Assembly: GCA_964384205.1 (NCBI GenBank)
Contig: CAYLKS010000008.1
Coordinates: 1,852 to 65,851, forward strand
Length of the DNA: 64,000 bases
From: an uncultured bacterium
Lineage (GTDB): Bacteria > JAGOEH01 > CAYLKS01
Direction of reading: 5' to 3'
Shown here: piece after piece, positions 29,982 to 39,574 of the stretch
Layout: every line of letters starts with the position of its first letter
How positions within the stretch are numbered: position 1 is the first letter of the stretch
Made by a program: the position numbers and the translations under genes
Notes under the pieces: model-generated
Databases searched by the model: none
Seen by the model: the letters and a program-made list of their open reading frames with translations, nothing else
What the model was told of the DNA's origin: nothing

Positions 29982-31126
29982 TTAATATCTATTACTTTTT
30001 GTATATAATGAATATATTTGCTTGCAGAACCAGCTCTTGTTTTTAATGAAGTATCAATGAGTTTAGTTTTTAGTTTTCTGTATTTATCAAATTTAATCAA
30101 TACTTTTGGATGTTTAGGGTCTTTTTTATTTTGTACAATTACTTTGCCTACATCTCCATTATTTAATTGAACTAATGTCCCCACAGGATAAACACCAATA
30201 GTATTTATAAATGAAATAAATACTTCTTGAAAAAATTTTTTCTCTGCCATTTCAGAGAGTTTAGAAATTGCATTTACAGGATTAACTCTTATTGAAGGGT
30301 TATTACTTGATATTAAATTATTGTACTCATTTGTAATAACAAGCAATTGAGATATTTTGTCTATATTTTTTATTCCTTTTGGAAATCCTGTGCCATCCAG
30401 ATATTCATGATGTGTTTTTATAAGATTTATGGCTAAATTTTCTATTGTTCCCATTTTGCTTATGTAATATAATGAATATTCTACATGTTTTTTATATTCC
30501 TCAAATTCTTCAGGAGTTAATTGAGTATTTTTTGTTAATATTTTATTACTAATTTTTAATTTACCAATATCATGCAAAAGAGCAGCAGTACCAATTTGTA
30601 GTAATTTATCTTTTGGAATTTCTAACTGTAATCCCATCAAAATAATATTAGTGGTTACATTTACTGAGTGGTGTAAAAGATTTTGATCTTTCTTTTTTAA
30701 TTCTTCTATACTGGAGAAAATTTCTTGATTATTTTCTATGTCTTCTATTAAATTCCCAACAATTTCTTTTGTTTTTTTAGCAGTTTCTTCGGTTATATTA
30801 TCTTCATCGATAATTTGGTCAAAGACTTCTCCAGTTAGATTTATAACTTTATCTATTTGTTCCATTGCCTGATTTAATTTAGAATTAATTTCATTAAGAG
30901 CTATTTCTGTTGCAGATATTTCTTTAATAGTTGTTTCTTCTTTTTTTGAATTTATAGATTCATTTATTGTATTAACATATTTTATTCCAGCTGTTTTCAA
31001 TATTTCAATCTGTTTTTCAGAAGTTATTTTTACATTTTTTTCTAATAATAAAACACCATCTTTATTATAGACATTTTTACCAATTTTCATTCCGATTTTG
31101 AGATCATTAACTTTTATTAATCCCAT
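29978..31126 (-). CDS. HD-GYP domain protein (putative c-di-GMP phosphodiesterase) lacking a receiver domain
   Basis: HD motif AALLHDIGK and variant GYP signature HHEYLDGTGFPKG. The N-terminal ~150 aa is not REC-like. 4-nt overlap with the sensor kinase gene. Confidence 0.7.
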   Translation of the reverse strand: MGLIKVNDLKIGMKIGKNVYNKDGVLLLEKNVKITSEKQIEILKTAGIKYVNTINESINSKKEETTIKEISATEIALNEINSKLNQAMEQIDKVINLTGEVFDQIIDEDNITEETAKKTKEIVGNLIEDIENNQEIFSSIEELKKKDQNLLHHSVNVTTNIILMGLQLEIPKDKLLQIGTAALLHDIGKLKISNKILTKNTQLTPEEFEEYKKHVEYSLYYISKMGTIENLAINLIKTHHEYLDGTGFPKGIKNIDKISQLLVITNEYNNLISSNNPSIRVNPVNAISKLSEMAEKKFFQEVFISFINTIGVYPVGTLVQLNNGDVGKVIVQNKKDPKHPKVLIKFDKYRKLKTKLIDTSLKTRAGSASKYIHYIQKVIDIK

Positions 31127-31208
31127 AATTATTCCTTTTTTACTTTCCTTTTTATAAAATAAAAAAAATTTTTTTATTAGTCAAATGATATTTTTAATTT
31201 ATAGAAAA

Positions 31209-31985
31209 TTATTTATTTATTATTTCTATTATTTTGTTTAAATTATCAATTATTTTAAATTGTTGACTATTGTTTTCAAGGTTAGTTTTAATTGTATTAT
31301 TATAATCAACCAATATTGTATTAAATTTTAATTTTTGAGGAGTATATATATCGTTCTGTAAATCATTACCTATATAGATGCTTTCTTCTGGATTAATATT
31401 TTGTTTTGCTAAATTTTCAATAGCTTTCATATAAATTTTACTTTCAGGTTTAGCATAGCCTAATTGATATGAAAAAAAGACAAGCTCTTGATCAAAGATT
31501 TTATTGAAATTTATGTATTTGTTAAGAAATATTTTTGTATAAAATTGAGCATTTGAGATGATGCCTTGCTTTAATTTTTGTTTTTTTATCCATGTTAGAA
31601 CTTTTACAGCATTTTTTGCAATTGTAGTAGGATTATTAATAGATTCAAAACATATTGAGAATTTTTTGATAGTTCTGCGGGCAAATAATTTATTAGTGAA
31701 ATAGAAGAACCATAATTGCCATATTTTTATTATATCGACTTCAGGGTATGTTATATTTTTTAGTTTTTTTACATTGTGCTCTATATGTATTAGATTAAGA
31801 AGATATTCAGCGCCTTCTTCAGGGGATATATTTACTTTGATATTAAAGTCATCATTCAAAAGTTTTAGAAATTTTTTAAAAGATAATATATATTGTTCTT
31901 TTTTATCTAAAGATTGCTGTAGGTCTCCAATTTTAGGAATCAAAAGAGTCCCGTAGATATCCCATAAAACAGCTTTAATTTTCAT
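31209..31985 (-). CDS. HAD superfamily hydrolase (putative sugar-phosphate phosphatase)
   Basis: Motif I AVLWDIYGTLL (DxYGT). 4-nt overlap with the upstream GT4 gene. Confidence 0.6.
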   Translation of the reverse strand: MKIKAVLWDIYGTLLIPKIGDLQQSLDKKEQYILSFKKFLKLLNDDFNIKVNISPEEGAEYLLNLIHIEHNVKKLKNITYPEVDIIKIWQLWFFYFTNKLFARRTIKKFSICFESINNPTTIAKNAVKVLTWIKKQKLKQGIISNAQFYTKIFLNKYINFNKIFDQELVFFSYQLGYAKPESKIYMKAIENLAKQNINPEESIYIGNDLQNDIYTPQKLKFNTILVDYNNTIKTNLENNSQQFKIIDNLNKIIEIINK

Positions 31986-33253
31986 AATATGCCATAAAAT
32001 GAAGTTAATATGCTTTGGAATTTTTTTCTTAATACTTCATAGGAAAAGAATTTTTTCCCCAGTTCAAAGTTTTTATTAACCATTTTTTCTCTAAGTTCTT
32101 TGTTAAAAATAACTTCTTTTACTTTTTCGATAGTTTCATCACTTACGTAATTATTCATAGTAATAACTTCAAAGCCTTTTGGCTCGATATCCGTTACATA
32201 TATGGAATATCTATTAACTACTATAGGTTTTTTAAAATATATTGCTTCAATAAATGCATTTCCAAAACCTTCATAACTTGAGGGATAAGTTATCAAATCT
32301 GCATGAGGATATAAGTCCCAGAGTGAAAATAACTTATTACCATTTTCATCATATTTTCGCTTATCATGAAGTCTATTAGATATAAAATATACTTCAACGC
32401 CTTCATTTTTAGCAAGTTCTATTAGCCAATGATAATATTCCATGCCTTCATCACCAGATGAATGAGAAATAACCAATTTTGCATTTGGGAGGTTGAGTTT
32501 TTTTACTAAAGTAATAGCATGTTCAATACCTTTTCTCATTACAATTCTTGTAGGTTGTAGAATCAAAATATCATCTTTAGTGAATCCCAATTCTTCACGC
32601 AAGTTTTTATTGAAATCATCAAACCATGGTTTATTATCATTGAAATTTATAACATTAGGAATTAGAAATGAAGATACACCTTTTCTTGCTGCTAATTCTT
32701 TTTGAGCTAATGAGTTGATTACTACATGTCTAATTGAGGGAAGAGTTGGCGGGAAGGCCATTTCGATATAATCATTAATACCATTTACAAGAAATCTTGT
32801 TCTTTCCCATGTGAAATCATGATGATGTGCTATTGTTGGTATGCCAGTTTCTGCAATTACCTCTGTTAATGCTAAACCCAATGGAATATGCATTGGTATA
32901 GCAAGACAATTTTGCGCAATTATTAAATTAATGTAAAATTTATCTATAAATTCATATATTTTATCTTTTAAATAATTTTTCATTACTTGTATTTTATCTG
33001 TAATTTCTCGTGGTCTTGTTGTTTTATTAAAAATGTTATTGTTAATTTCTAAGTTATCAGGATGATTAAAAAATGCTTCAGGTACTAACATGCTAAATCC
33101 AGGATCCCTATCTAATTCTCCTGCAAACCAGTGACTGATATGTCTGAAATCCCATAGTACTTCTGCCCATTTAGCTGATTCCAAAGATACTCCATCTAAA
33201 CCTGAGAATCTTGTACCTATAAATCCTACATTTAAAGGCATTTTATCCTCCAT
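31982..33253 (-). CDS. GT4-family (GT-B) glycosyltransferase
   Basis: N-terminal VGFIGTRFSGLDGVSLE glycine-rich donor loop and the C-terminal E-x7-E/EGFG signature (YPSSYEGFGNAFIEAIYFKKPIVV). Confidence 0.65.
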   Translation of the reverse strand: MEDKMPLNVGFIGTRFSGLDGVSLESAKWAEVLWDFRHISHWFAGELDRDPGFSMLVPEAFFNHPDNLEINNNIFNKTTRPREITDKIQVMKNYLKDKIYEFIDKFYINLIIAQNCLAIPMHIPLGLALTEVIAETGIPTIAHHHDFTWERTRFLVNGINDYIEMAFPPTLPSIRHVVINSLAQKELAARKGVSSFLIPNVINFNDNKPWFDDFNKNLREELGFTKDDILILQPTRIVMRKGIEHAITLVKKLNLPNAKLVISHSSGDEGMEYYHWLIELAKNEGVEVYFISNRLHDKRKYDENGNKLFSLWDLYPHADLITYPSSYEGFGNAFIEAIYFKKPIVVNRYSIYVTDIEPKGFEVITMNNYVSDETIEKVKEVIFNKELREKMVNKNFELGKKFFSYEVLRKKFQSILTSFYGIL

Positions 33254-33257
33254 TTAA

Positions 33258-34727
33258 TTAGTATTTATTAAATAATAATTTTAAATTTTTTAGATTTAAA
33301 TTTTTTTCTAAAACATTTTTTTCAATATTTTGAACGGTTGTTTTTATATTATGGTTGAAATAATTGTCGATGTTAGTAAATAAATTCATAATAGCTTTAT
33401 TCCCAATTTGATAATCAATTTTTAAATCTAAAAATTTTTTTTCCTTAAGCATATTTCCAAAATCATTAAATATTGGGTTTATAGACTTAATTTCATCAAT
33501 TTCTTTTTTATTTATATTTTTGATAATGTTATATTGGTTTTCAATATCCAGATAAGAATAATCTATATACTTTCCAATAAAGTTTTGCTCTATTTCTTCC
33601 ATTAGTTTGTTTTCAAATTTTTTTAGAAAATCATAATTTTTAAGCTGTGCTATATACATATTTTTTATTTTATCTAAATTATTCCCGTCTATTTTGACAT
33701 AAAGATTGTTATAAAATATTTTTTTATTTTTTATATTAAAATCTTTAAAAATTGGTAATTCTCGAGCATAAAAATTTTTTTTAGCAGATAATGCATCGAA
33801 TATAAATAGCCCGAACCCTTCTAATATTGAAGTTGAAATTATGAGTTTTGAATTTTTGAGGATAAAATCAAAAATGTTATTATCTTGTGCAGCAATCCCC
33901 CATGCACCAATTACTTTTTCTTTAAGAAAAATTGTTTTGACTAAATTTGAGTAATTAATTTCTGATTTAGAATTTGCAGGAAGGGTTACAATTAGATTAA
34001 AATTTTGAAGAACTTTATTGAAAAGTATTGCTTCTAAGATGTTCTTTCTTCTAATACTACGAACAGGGTATAATACGATGGGTAGATTTTTATTGAAATG
34101 AAAACCATTTTGGTAACTCAATTTTTCCAGATCATATTGTATAGCATTATATTTTATTTCTTTCTTTATGTAAATATTGGGCAGATATACTAATTTATTC
34201 TCGGGGATCCCTGAACTTCGCAATATTTCATAATCATTTTTATTAATAACACTATAAATTATATTTTTGCCTAATGGATATAATTTGATATCAGGATAAA
34301 AATTTAGAAGAGTTTGGTAATTTTCTAATCGGGCACATTCTGGAAAATCATGTATCTGCAGAATTGCTTTTTGTTCCGTGCTTTCTAAAAATTTACTTAG
34401 TATATGAGTGAATATTGGATTTTTGCCAAGATGATGATTATGTATCCACCAGATTGAATTTTTGTATTGTTTATGAATTTCATATAGAATTTTTTCTATT
34501 TTTTGCTCAAGAGATTTTTTATCTAATGAGATATTTTCTATATAGTCAAATTCTGGGAAATATAATTTTTTATAATTGTCAGGCATAGAATCTTTTTTAT
34601 CATCAGAACTTATTAATATAAAATTAATATCAGGAAAAAATTGTTTTAGAAAATGTATCTGATTTTTTATTACTGTTGTAACACCACCTGGTAAAAAGTG
34701 ATAATGAAAAATTATTATGTTTTTCAT
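33258..34727 (-). CDS. GT4-like glycosyltransferase (489 aa) with long C-terminal extension
   Basis: N-terminal IIIFHYHFLPGGVTTV and STSILEGFGLFIFDALSAKK (EGFG). The ~120-aa Lys/Asn-rich C-terminal tail is unassigned. Confidence 0.5.
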   Translation of the reverse strand: MKNIIIFHYHFLPGGVTTVIKNQIHFLKQFFPDINFILISSDDKKDSMPDNYKKLYFPEFDYIENISLDKKSLEQKIEKILYEIHKQYKNSIWWIHNHHLGKNPIFTHILSKFLESTEQKAILQIHDFPECARLENYQTLLNFYPDIKLYPLGKNIIYSVINKNDYEILRSSGIPENKLVYLPNIYIKKEIKYNAIQYDLEKLSYQNGFHFNKNLPIVLYPVRSIRRKNILEAILFNKVLQNFNLIVTLPANSKSEINYSNLVKTIFLKEKVIGAWGIAAQDNNIFDFILKNSKLIISTSILEGFGLFIFDALSAKKNFYARELPIFKDFNIKNKKIFYNNLYVKIDGNNLDKIKNMYIAQLKNYDFLKKFENKLMEEIEQNFIGKYIDYSYLDIENQYNIIKNINKKEIDEIKSINPIFNDFGNMLKEKKFLDLKIDYQIGNKAIMNLFTNIDNYFNHNIKTTVQNIEKNVLEKNLNLKNLKLLFNKY

Positions 34728-36163
34728 TATTCCATGTATTTTTTTATTTTATATTTTTCTTCATAGAATTTTGCGGCAAAATCTGCTATTTTTTTATCCA
34801 CTTCAATATTATAAAAATCTTTTGCCTGTTTTTTAGGCACTCCTAAATGATTTTGATTTTTTATTACATCTTCATAGGTTTTATAACCTAATTTAAAGAA
34901 AATATTTCTGCAAAATTCTAAAAATGCTCCTGAATAAAGATATTGAAAAGCTTTTTTTGATATGTCAATGTCTTCTGTTTTAAGCAAATATCCCATTATT
35001 TGATATATTAATTCTCTATACCAATCAAAATTCATATCAATAAATAGAATTTCATTTGTTGTATTTTTTGAATAATCTTTCAATTTTTTGATTTTATTTG
35101 TTAATCTCGTAAAATCATCATTTGATATAGTTTTTTCTAACAAAGGAGCAAATTCTGAGAATTTTTCGATTAATGATTTAATTTTATATTCTATATTGAA
35201 TACATCAGTATAGCCTGGATCAATAAAAGGAATATTAGATGCAACACTATCAAAAATAATAGGATAGCCTAAAGGTTTTTCCGATTCTAATAAAAATGAT
35301 AAGAAGTTAGATTGTTTTTGATAATATAGTAAACGTTCTAAAGCAGCGCCTATAACCTCTCCTGGCATTATTGAGAGTTTTGATTCATCTGTTATATCAT
35401 GTAATTTTGCTCCTAAATATACTTCATAGATAATAGAACCATTATAAATATTGTCAAAAGTTGTGGATATATCTGTACCATATTTGAATCTATTTTCATT
35501 CCATTCTGCTGATATTTCCAATGCCACGGCTTGTTTATTTAATAATATATCCCCTGATATACCGCCAGGGACAAATTTTGCCATTAATGTTGTTAGAGGA
35601 GATACAACAAAACGAGTTAAAGAGGCATCAACAAAATGTCTTGCATATTTTGCAGTAACAAATAATTTATCTTGTTTTCTGAAATTAGTCTCAAAATGTT
35701 TTATTACTTTTATATATGCAGATAACCATTGAGAAATATCATTTCGAATATCCCCATCAAATAAAAATAGAAACTCAGTATCTTTTGCATTATAAAATTC
35801 GTTGAAGATTAAATAGAGGGCACTTCCTTTTCCTGGTATTTTATTTCCCCTATAGTTTTCATAAGGAGTATAGATAAGGGAAACATATTCAGATAAATTT
35901 AGATCTTCTAAATTGTCTTTTATTTGATTATAAATTGATAAATCTTTTGATTGAGAATTGAATGTTCCATCGGAAATTATTATTGCCGCATTAGTTTTGT
36001 CAAAATTGCTATTTAATCCAATAATATCTTTTTTGATTAGGTCAACAATATTGTCTTCATTTTTATAGGTAGGATGGCCTATTACTATTTGTATTTTGTT
36101 TTCATTTAAAATTTTAGTTATAGTTTGTTCACTTATTGTTTTTTTAAACAAGTAATTTTTCAT
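34727..36163 (-). CDS. Hypothetical GT-A-like glycosyltransferase (DxD)
   Basis: IQIVIGHPTYKNEDNI resembles the GT-A N-terminal beta-strand/nucleotide-binding region and FLFDGDIRND supplies a DxD. This is a weak by-eye call. Confidence 0.35.
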   Translation of the reverse strand: MKNYLFKKTISEQTITKILNENKIQIVIGHPTYKNEDNIVDLIKKDIIGLNSNFDKTNAAIIISDGTFNSQSKDLSIYNQIKDNLEDLNLSEYVSLIYTPYENYRGNKIPGKGSALYLIFNEFYNAKDTEFLFLFDGDIRNDISQWLSAYIKVIKHFETNFRKQDKLFVTAKYARHFVDASLTRFVVSPLTTLMAKFVPGGISGDILLNKQAVALEISAEWNENRFKYGTDISTTFDNIYNGSIIYEVYLGAKLHDITDESKLSIMPGEVIGAALERLLYYQKQSNFLSFLLESEKPLGYPIIFDSVASNIPFIDPGYTDVFNIEYKIKSLIEKFSEFAPLLEKTISNDDFTRLTNKIKKLKDYSKNTTNEILFIDMNFDWYRELIYQIMGYLLKTEDIDISKKAFQYLYSGAFLEFCRNIFFKLGYKTYEDVIKNQNHLGVPKKQAKDFYNIEVDKKIADFAAKFYEEKYKIKKYME

Positions 36164-36235
36164 ATCTCTCTCCTTATCTCTTATTTTATCATAATAATTT
36201 TTTTTTTTTTGTCAATGAATAATTAAAAATATCTT

Positions 36236-36264
36236 GATTTACTTTAAATCTAATATATAATTAT
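36236..36264 (+). promoter_or_regulatory. Putative promoter for the add operon (TTGATT-17-ATAATT) in the divergent intergenic region
   Basis: TTGATT at 36236-36241, a 17-nt spacer, then ATAATT. A 13-T homopolymer lies 25 nt upstream (36198-36210). Confidence 0.3.
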
Positions 36265-36306
36265 TATAGATGAAGCATTATATTTTAAACCTAATGGAGT
36301 GTAACT

Positions 36307-37536
36307 ATGAAATATAATTATAATAAGGAATTTATTTTTGAGATACCTAAGAGTGATTTACATTTACATTTAGATGGTTCTTTGAGATTGAATACTCTAA
36401 TAGAATTTGCAAAAGAAAATAAGGTGCAATTGCCCTCTTATACTGAATCTGGATTGAGAGAGTTGGTTTTTAAAGATAGATACAATAATTTAGGAGAATA
36501 TTTACAAGGTTTTGGATATACAACTGCTGTTATGCGTACTGAAGAAGCAATAGAAAGAATAGCTTATGAATTAGCAATTGATAGCTATAATGAAAATGTT
36601 TTTTATATTGAGCCTAGATTTGCACCACAATTGTTAATGAATAAAAGTTTAACTTTTGAAAAAATCATGATGGCAGCAAATAATGGATTAATGAGAGCAA
36701 AAAAAGAAATAAATAGTAGTGATGCAATTAAAAATGGCGAAAAACCTGCTTTTAATTATGGTATAATTGTTTGTGCGATGAGGATGTTTACACCAGCATT
36801 TTCTGAATATTATAATAATTTTTTTGAATTACATAAGTATTCCACTAAAAAAGAGATTTTCAGTCTTGCTTCTTTGGAACTTGCAAAGGCAACTATTAGA
36901 ATTATTAATGAATATGGTATTCCTATTGTTGGTTTTGATTTAGCGGGGCAAGAAGATGGCTATCCTGCAGAAGATCATAAATTAGCTTATGCATATTGCC
37001 ATAAGAATTTTTTAAAGAAAACAGTTCATGCAGGTGAAGCATATGGGCCAGAATCTATTTTTCAGGCTATTACTGATCTTTATGCGAATCGAATAGGCCA
37101 TGGCTATTATCTGTTTGATGTAAATAAAATTCAAAATCCTAATATTAACAATAAAGAAGAGTATATTTACCAATTATCTAATTATATAGCAGACAGGCGT
37201 ATTACTATAGAAGTATGCTTAACAAGCAATATGCAGACGAACCCGGATATTAAAGATATAAAAAATCATTCTTTGAAAAAAATGCTGGAGACTGGTTTGT
37301 CTCTTACTATTTGTACTGATAATAGGCTTGTTTCTAATACAACTGTGACTGATGAGGTCTTTTTAGCAGTAAATAATTTTGATATATCCCCTAAGAAATT
37401 AAAAGATATTATTATTTATGGTTTTAAACGGAACTTTTATTTTGGCACTTATATAGAAAAAAGGCATTATTGTAGGTCTATTATAGATTATTATGAAAGG
37501 ATAGAAAAAAAATATAATATAAAAAAGAATGAGTAA
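36307..37536 (+). CDS. add: Adenosine deaminase family protein
   Basis: Metal/catalytic motifs SDLHLHLDGS, DLAGQE, TVHAGE, RIGHGY. The canonical TDD is replaced by TDN (CTDNRL). Confidence 0.8.
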   Translation: MKYNYNKEFIFEIPKSDLHLHLDGSLRLNTLIEFAKENKVQLPSYTESGLRELVFKDRYNNLGEYLQGFGYTTAVMRTEEAIERIAYELAIDSYNENVFYIEPRFAPQLLMNKSLTFEKIMMAANNGLMRAKKEINSSDAIKNGEKPAFNYGIIVCAMRMFTPAFSEYYNNFFELHKYSTKKEIFSLASLELAKATIRIINEYGIPIVGFDLAGQEDGYPAEDHKLAYAYCHKNFLKKTVHAGEAYGPESIFQAITDLYANRIGHGYYLFDVNKIQNPNINNKEEYIYQLSNYIADRRITIEVCLTSNMQTNPDIKDIKNHSLKKMLETGLSLTICTDNRLVSNTTVTDEVFLAVNNFDISPKKLKDIIIYGFKRNFYFGTYIEKRHYCRSIIDYYERIEKKYNIKKNE

Positions 37537-39268
37537 AATACCACAAATTATATCTAATCTTGAAAAACAATTAAATTTTTTAAAAAAGAATGTAGAAGAA
37601 AATCCCGTTGATATAAATTCAGAGTATATTATAAAAATGCATGCTTTATTACAGGAATTATTGGATTTGACTTTGAGTGGAGATAATATAGATATTCGTA
37701 AACATAATAGTATTGAAAAGGAAAGTATTAGAGAAGAGGAAAACGGAAAATTAGATATTGATGTTTCTTTAAATGTTTTATTTATAGATGATAATGAAAA
37801 TGTTTTGGATATGATAAAAGAATTTTTTGCTAATAAAAATATAAATGATTATTATTTAAATTCTGCTGTTGGATTAAAAGAGTTTTTATTGAAACATCCA
37901 GAAATTGAAATTATAGTTTCTGATATAAGAATGCCTTATTTTACAGGTATAGATGTGCTTAATATTATAAAGTCTGATAGTAATTTTGCCCATATTAAAG
38001 TCCTTTTAATGTCAGCTTATAGAGATTTTGAAAATTTAGTTTCTGGAATAGAACAGGGTGCTTTTGCTTTTATTTTCAAACCTATTAAATTTGAAGAACT
38101 TATAGATCAGCTTTTGAAGGCTAAAAATGCTATAAAATTTCATAGAGAGGGGAAAAATGATTTACAGGATAGTAAAAAATATAATTATAATAGTTTTAAT
38201 CTTTTTGTGGATAGTAAATTAAATATTATTACTATTTCAAAATATTATCCTTTAAAATATCATAAAGTTTTAGAAAATGCTAAAAGAGTATGCGATATAT
38301 TTAAATGTAAAGTGGATTGTGAGAAATGTGATGGCTCAGACTGCAATATATGTGTTTTTAAAAGATTGATTAATGAAGCAAAATATAATATGTATGGTTT
38401 TACAGAATCATCTATATCTGTTTTTTCTAAAGTGTTTAATGATATTTTATATTTAAAAGTGAAGTGTAGAGTATATGATGATAGATCTACTAAGTTTTTT
38501 TTCACCATTGATGATGAAACACAAGAGAGAAAGCACCAAATTGAAAGTTTTACAGATGAAAGATTAAATGCTGTAAAAAGAATAGCAGGCGGGTTAGCTC
38601 ATGAAATAAATCAGCCTTTGAATTCTATTAGTGCAAAAATTCAAACACATTTATTTGATTTATCAGATAGATTGGAAATTTGCTATGATGAATATATTGA
38701 GGATTATAAATTCATGCTGATGGAAGTTAATAAAATATCAACATTATTGCAAAATATGAGGATACTTGGCGGTAAATATAAAAATATTTATTTTAAAGAA
38801 ATAAATATTTTACCTATTTTACATAAAGTTTTAAATCAATTTAAAGTAGAATTAAAATATTTGAATATTGAAGTGTCTATAGATGCAAGTTCTGATTATA
38901 TTTTATTAAGATCTAATGAAACTCATTTATTTCAAATATTTTTTAACCTTTTATCTAATTCTCTTGATAGTATAGAAGAAAAAAGGTCCTTTTTAGCGAA
39001 AGATTTTAAAGGTGAAATTAGTATTGTAATCGATGAGCAACCAGATATAATTAATATTTTATTTAAAGATAATGGAATTGGAATTAAAGAAGAAAATAAA
39101 TTTAAAATTTTTGATCCTTTTTTTACAACAAAAGATGTTAATAAAGGATCTGGTTTGGGATTATATATAATTTATGATATTATTATTAATAATTATGGAG
39201 GCAAAATATCTGTTGATTCAGTATATAAAGAGTATGTAGAATTTAATATTAAATTTCCAAAAAGGTAA
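37529..39268 (+). CDS. Receiver-histidine kinase hybrid protein with Cys-rich central motif
   Basis: REC domain (LFIDDNENVLDMI...IVSDIRMPYFTGIDVL...KVLLMSAY), H-box IAGGLAHEINQPLN, HATPase DNGIGI and GSGLGLYII. Central C-x4-C-x3-C-x2-C-x4-C-x2-C cluster (CDIFKCKVDCEKCDGSDCNICVF). Start overlaps the add stop by 8 nt. Confidence 0.75.
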   Translation: MSKIPQIISNLEKQLNFLKKNVEENPVDINSEYIIKMHALLQELLDLTLSGDNIDIRKHNSIEKESIREEENGKLDIDVSLNVLFIDDNENVLDMIKEFFANKNINDYYLNSAVGLKEFLLKHPEIEIIVSDIRMPYFTGIDVLNIIKSDSNFAHIKVLLMSAYRDFENLVSGIEQGAFAFIFKPIKFEELIDQLLKAKNAIKFHREGKNDLQDSKKYNYNSFNLFVDSKLNIITISKYYPLKYHKVLENAKRVCDIFKCKVDCEKCDGSDCNICVFKRLINEAKYNMYGFTESSISVFSKVFNDILYLKVKCRVYDDRSTKFFFTIDDETQERKHQIESFTDERLNAVKRIAGGLAHEINQPLNSISAKIQTHLFDLSDRLEICYDEYIEDYKFMLMEVNKISTLLQNMRILGGKYKNIYFKEINILPILHKVLNQFKVELKYLNIEVSIDASSDYILLRSNETHLFQIFFNLLSNSLDSIEEKRSFLAKDFKGEISIVIDEQPDIINILFKDNGIGIKEENKFKIFDPFFTTKDVNKGSGLGLYIIYDIIINNYGGKISVDSVYKEYVEFNIKFPKR

Positions 39269-39331
39269 TATTTTTCTTGATTTTTTAAAAAATATAACAT
39301 AATATAATATTGATTTAACAAGGAGGATGAG

Positions 39332-39499
39332 ATGGCGTATAAGATTAGTGATGATTGTATAGCTTGTGGAGCATGCATTCAAGCATGTCCTGTTGAAGCT
39401 ATTACAGAAGGCGAACCTTATGTAATCGATCCTGAAAAATGTATCGATTGCGGAGCATGTGCAGATGTTTGTCCAGTAGATGCACCAAAGCCAGAATAA
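39332..39499 (+). CDS. 2x[4Fe-4S] ferredoxin (55 aa), not in ORF track
   Basis: [55 protein letters not shown] has two CxxCxxCxxxCP motifs. RBS AGGAGG 5 nt upstream. Confidence 0.7.
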   Translation: MAYKISDDCIACGACIQACPVEAITEGEPYVIDPEKCIDCGACADVCPVDAPKPE

Positions 39500-39524
39500 A
39501 AAATAAAAAATTAACGTAACGTCT

Positions 39525-39555
39525 TAAGGGAAGTGTAAAAGCTTCCCTTTTTTTA
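39525..39555 (+). terminator. Rho-independent terminator after the ferredoxin gene
   Basis: taagggaag / cttccctta hairpin (39525-39549) followed by a T run. Confidence 0.5.
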
Positions 39556-39574
39556 TTTAAAAAGGAGATTAATA

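Noticed and set aside
36307-39268. Adenosine deaminase plus kinase interpreted as a RADAR- or Detocs-like antiphage system
   Set aside because: The deaminase is a standard-size housekeeping-type ADA, not the ~800-aa RdrB. There is no RdrA-like ATPase, no standalone buffer receiver, and no PNP effector. The domain order does not match Detocs.
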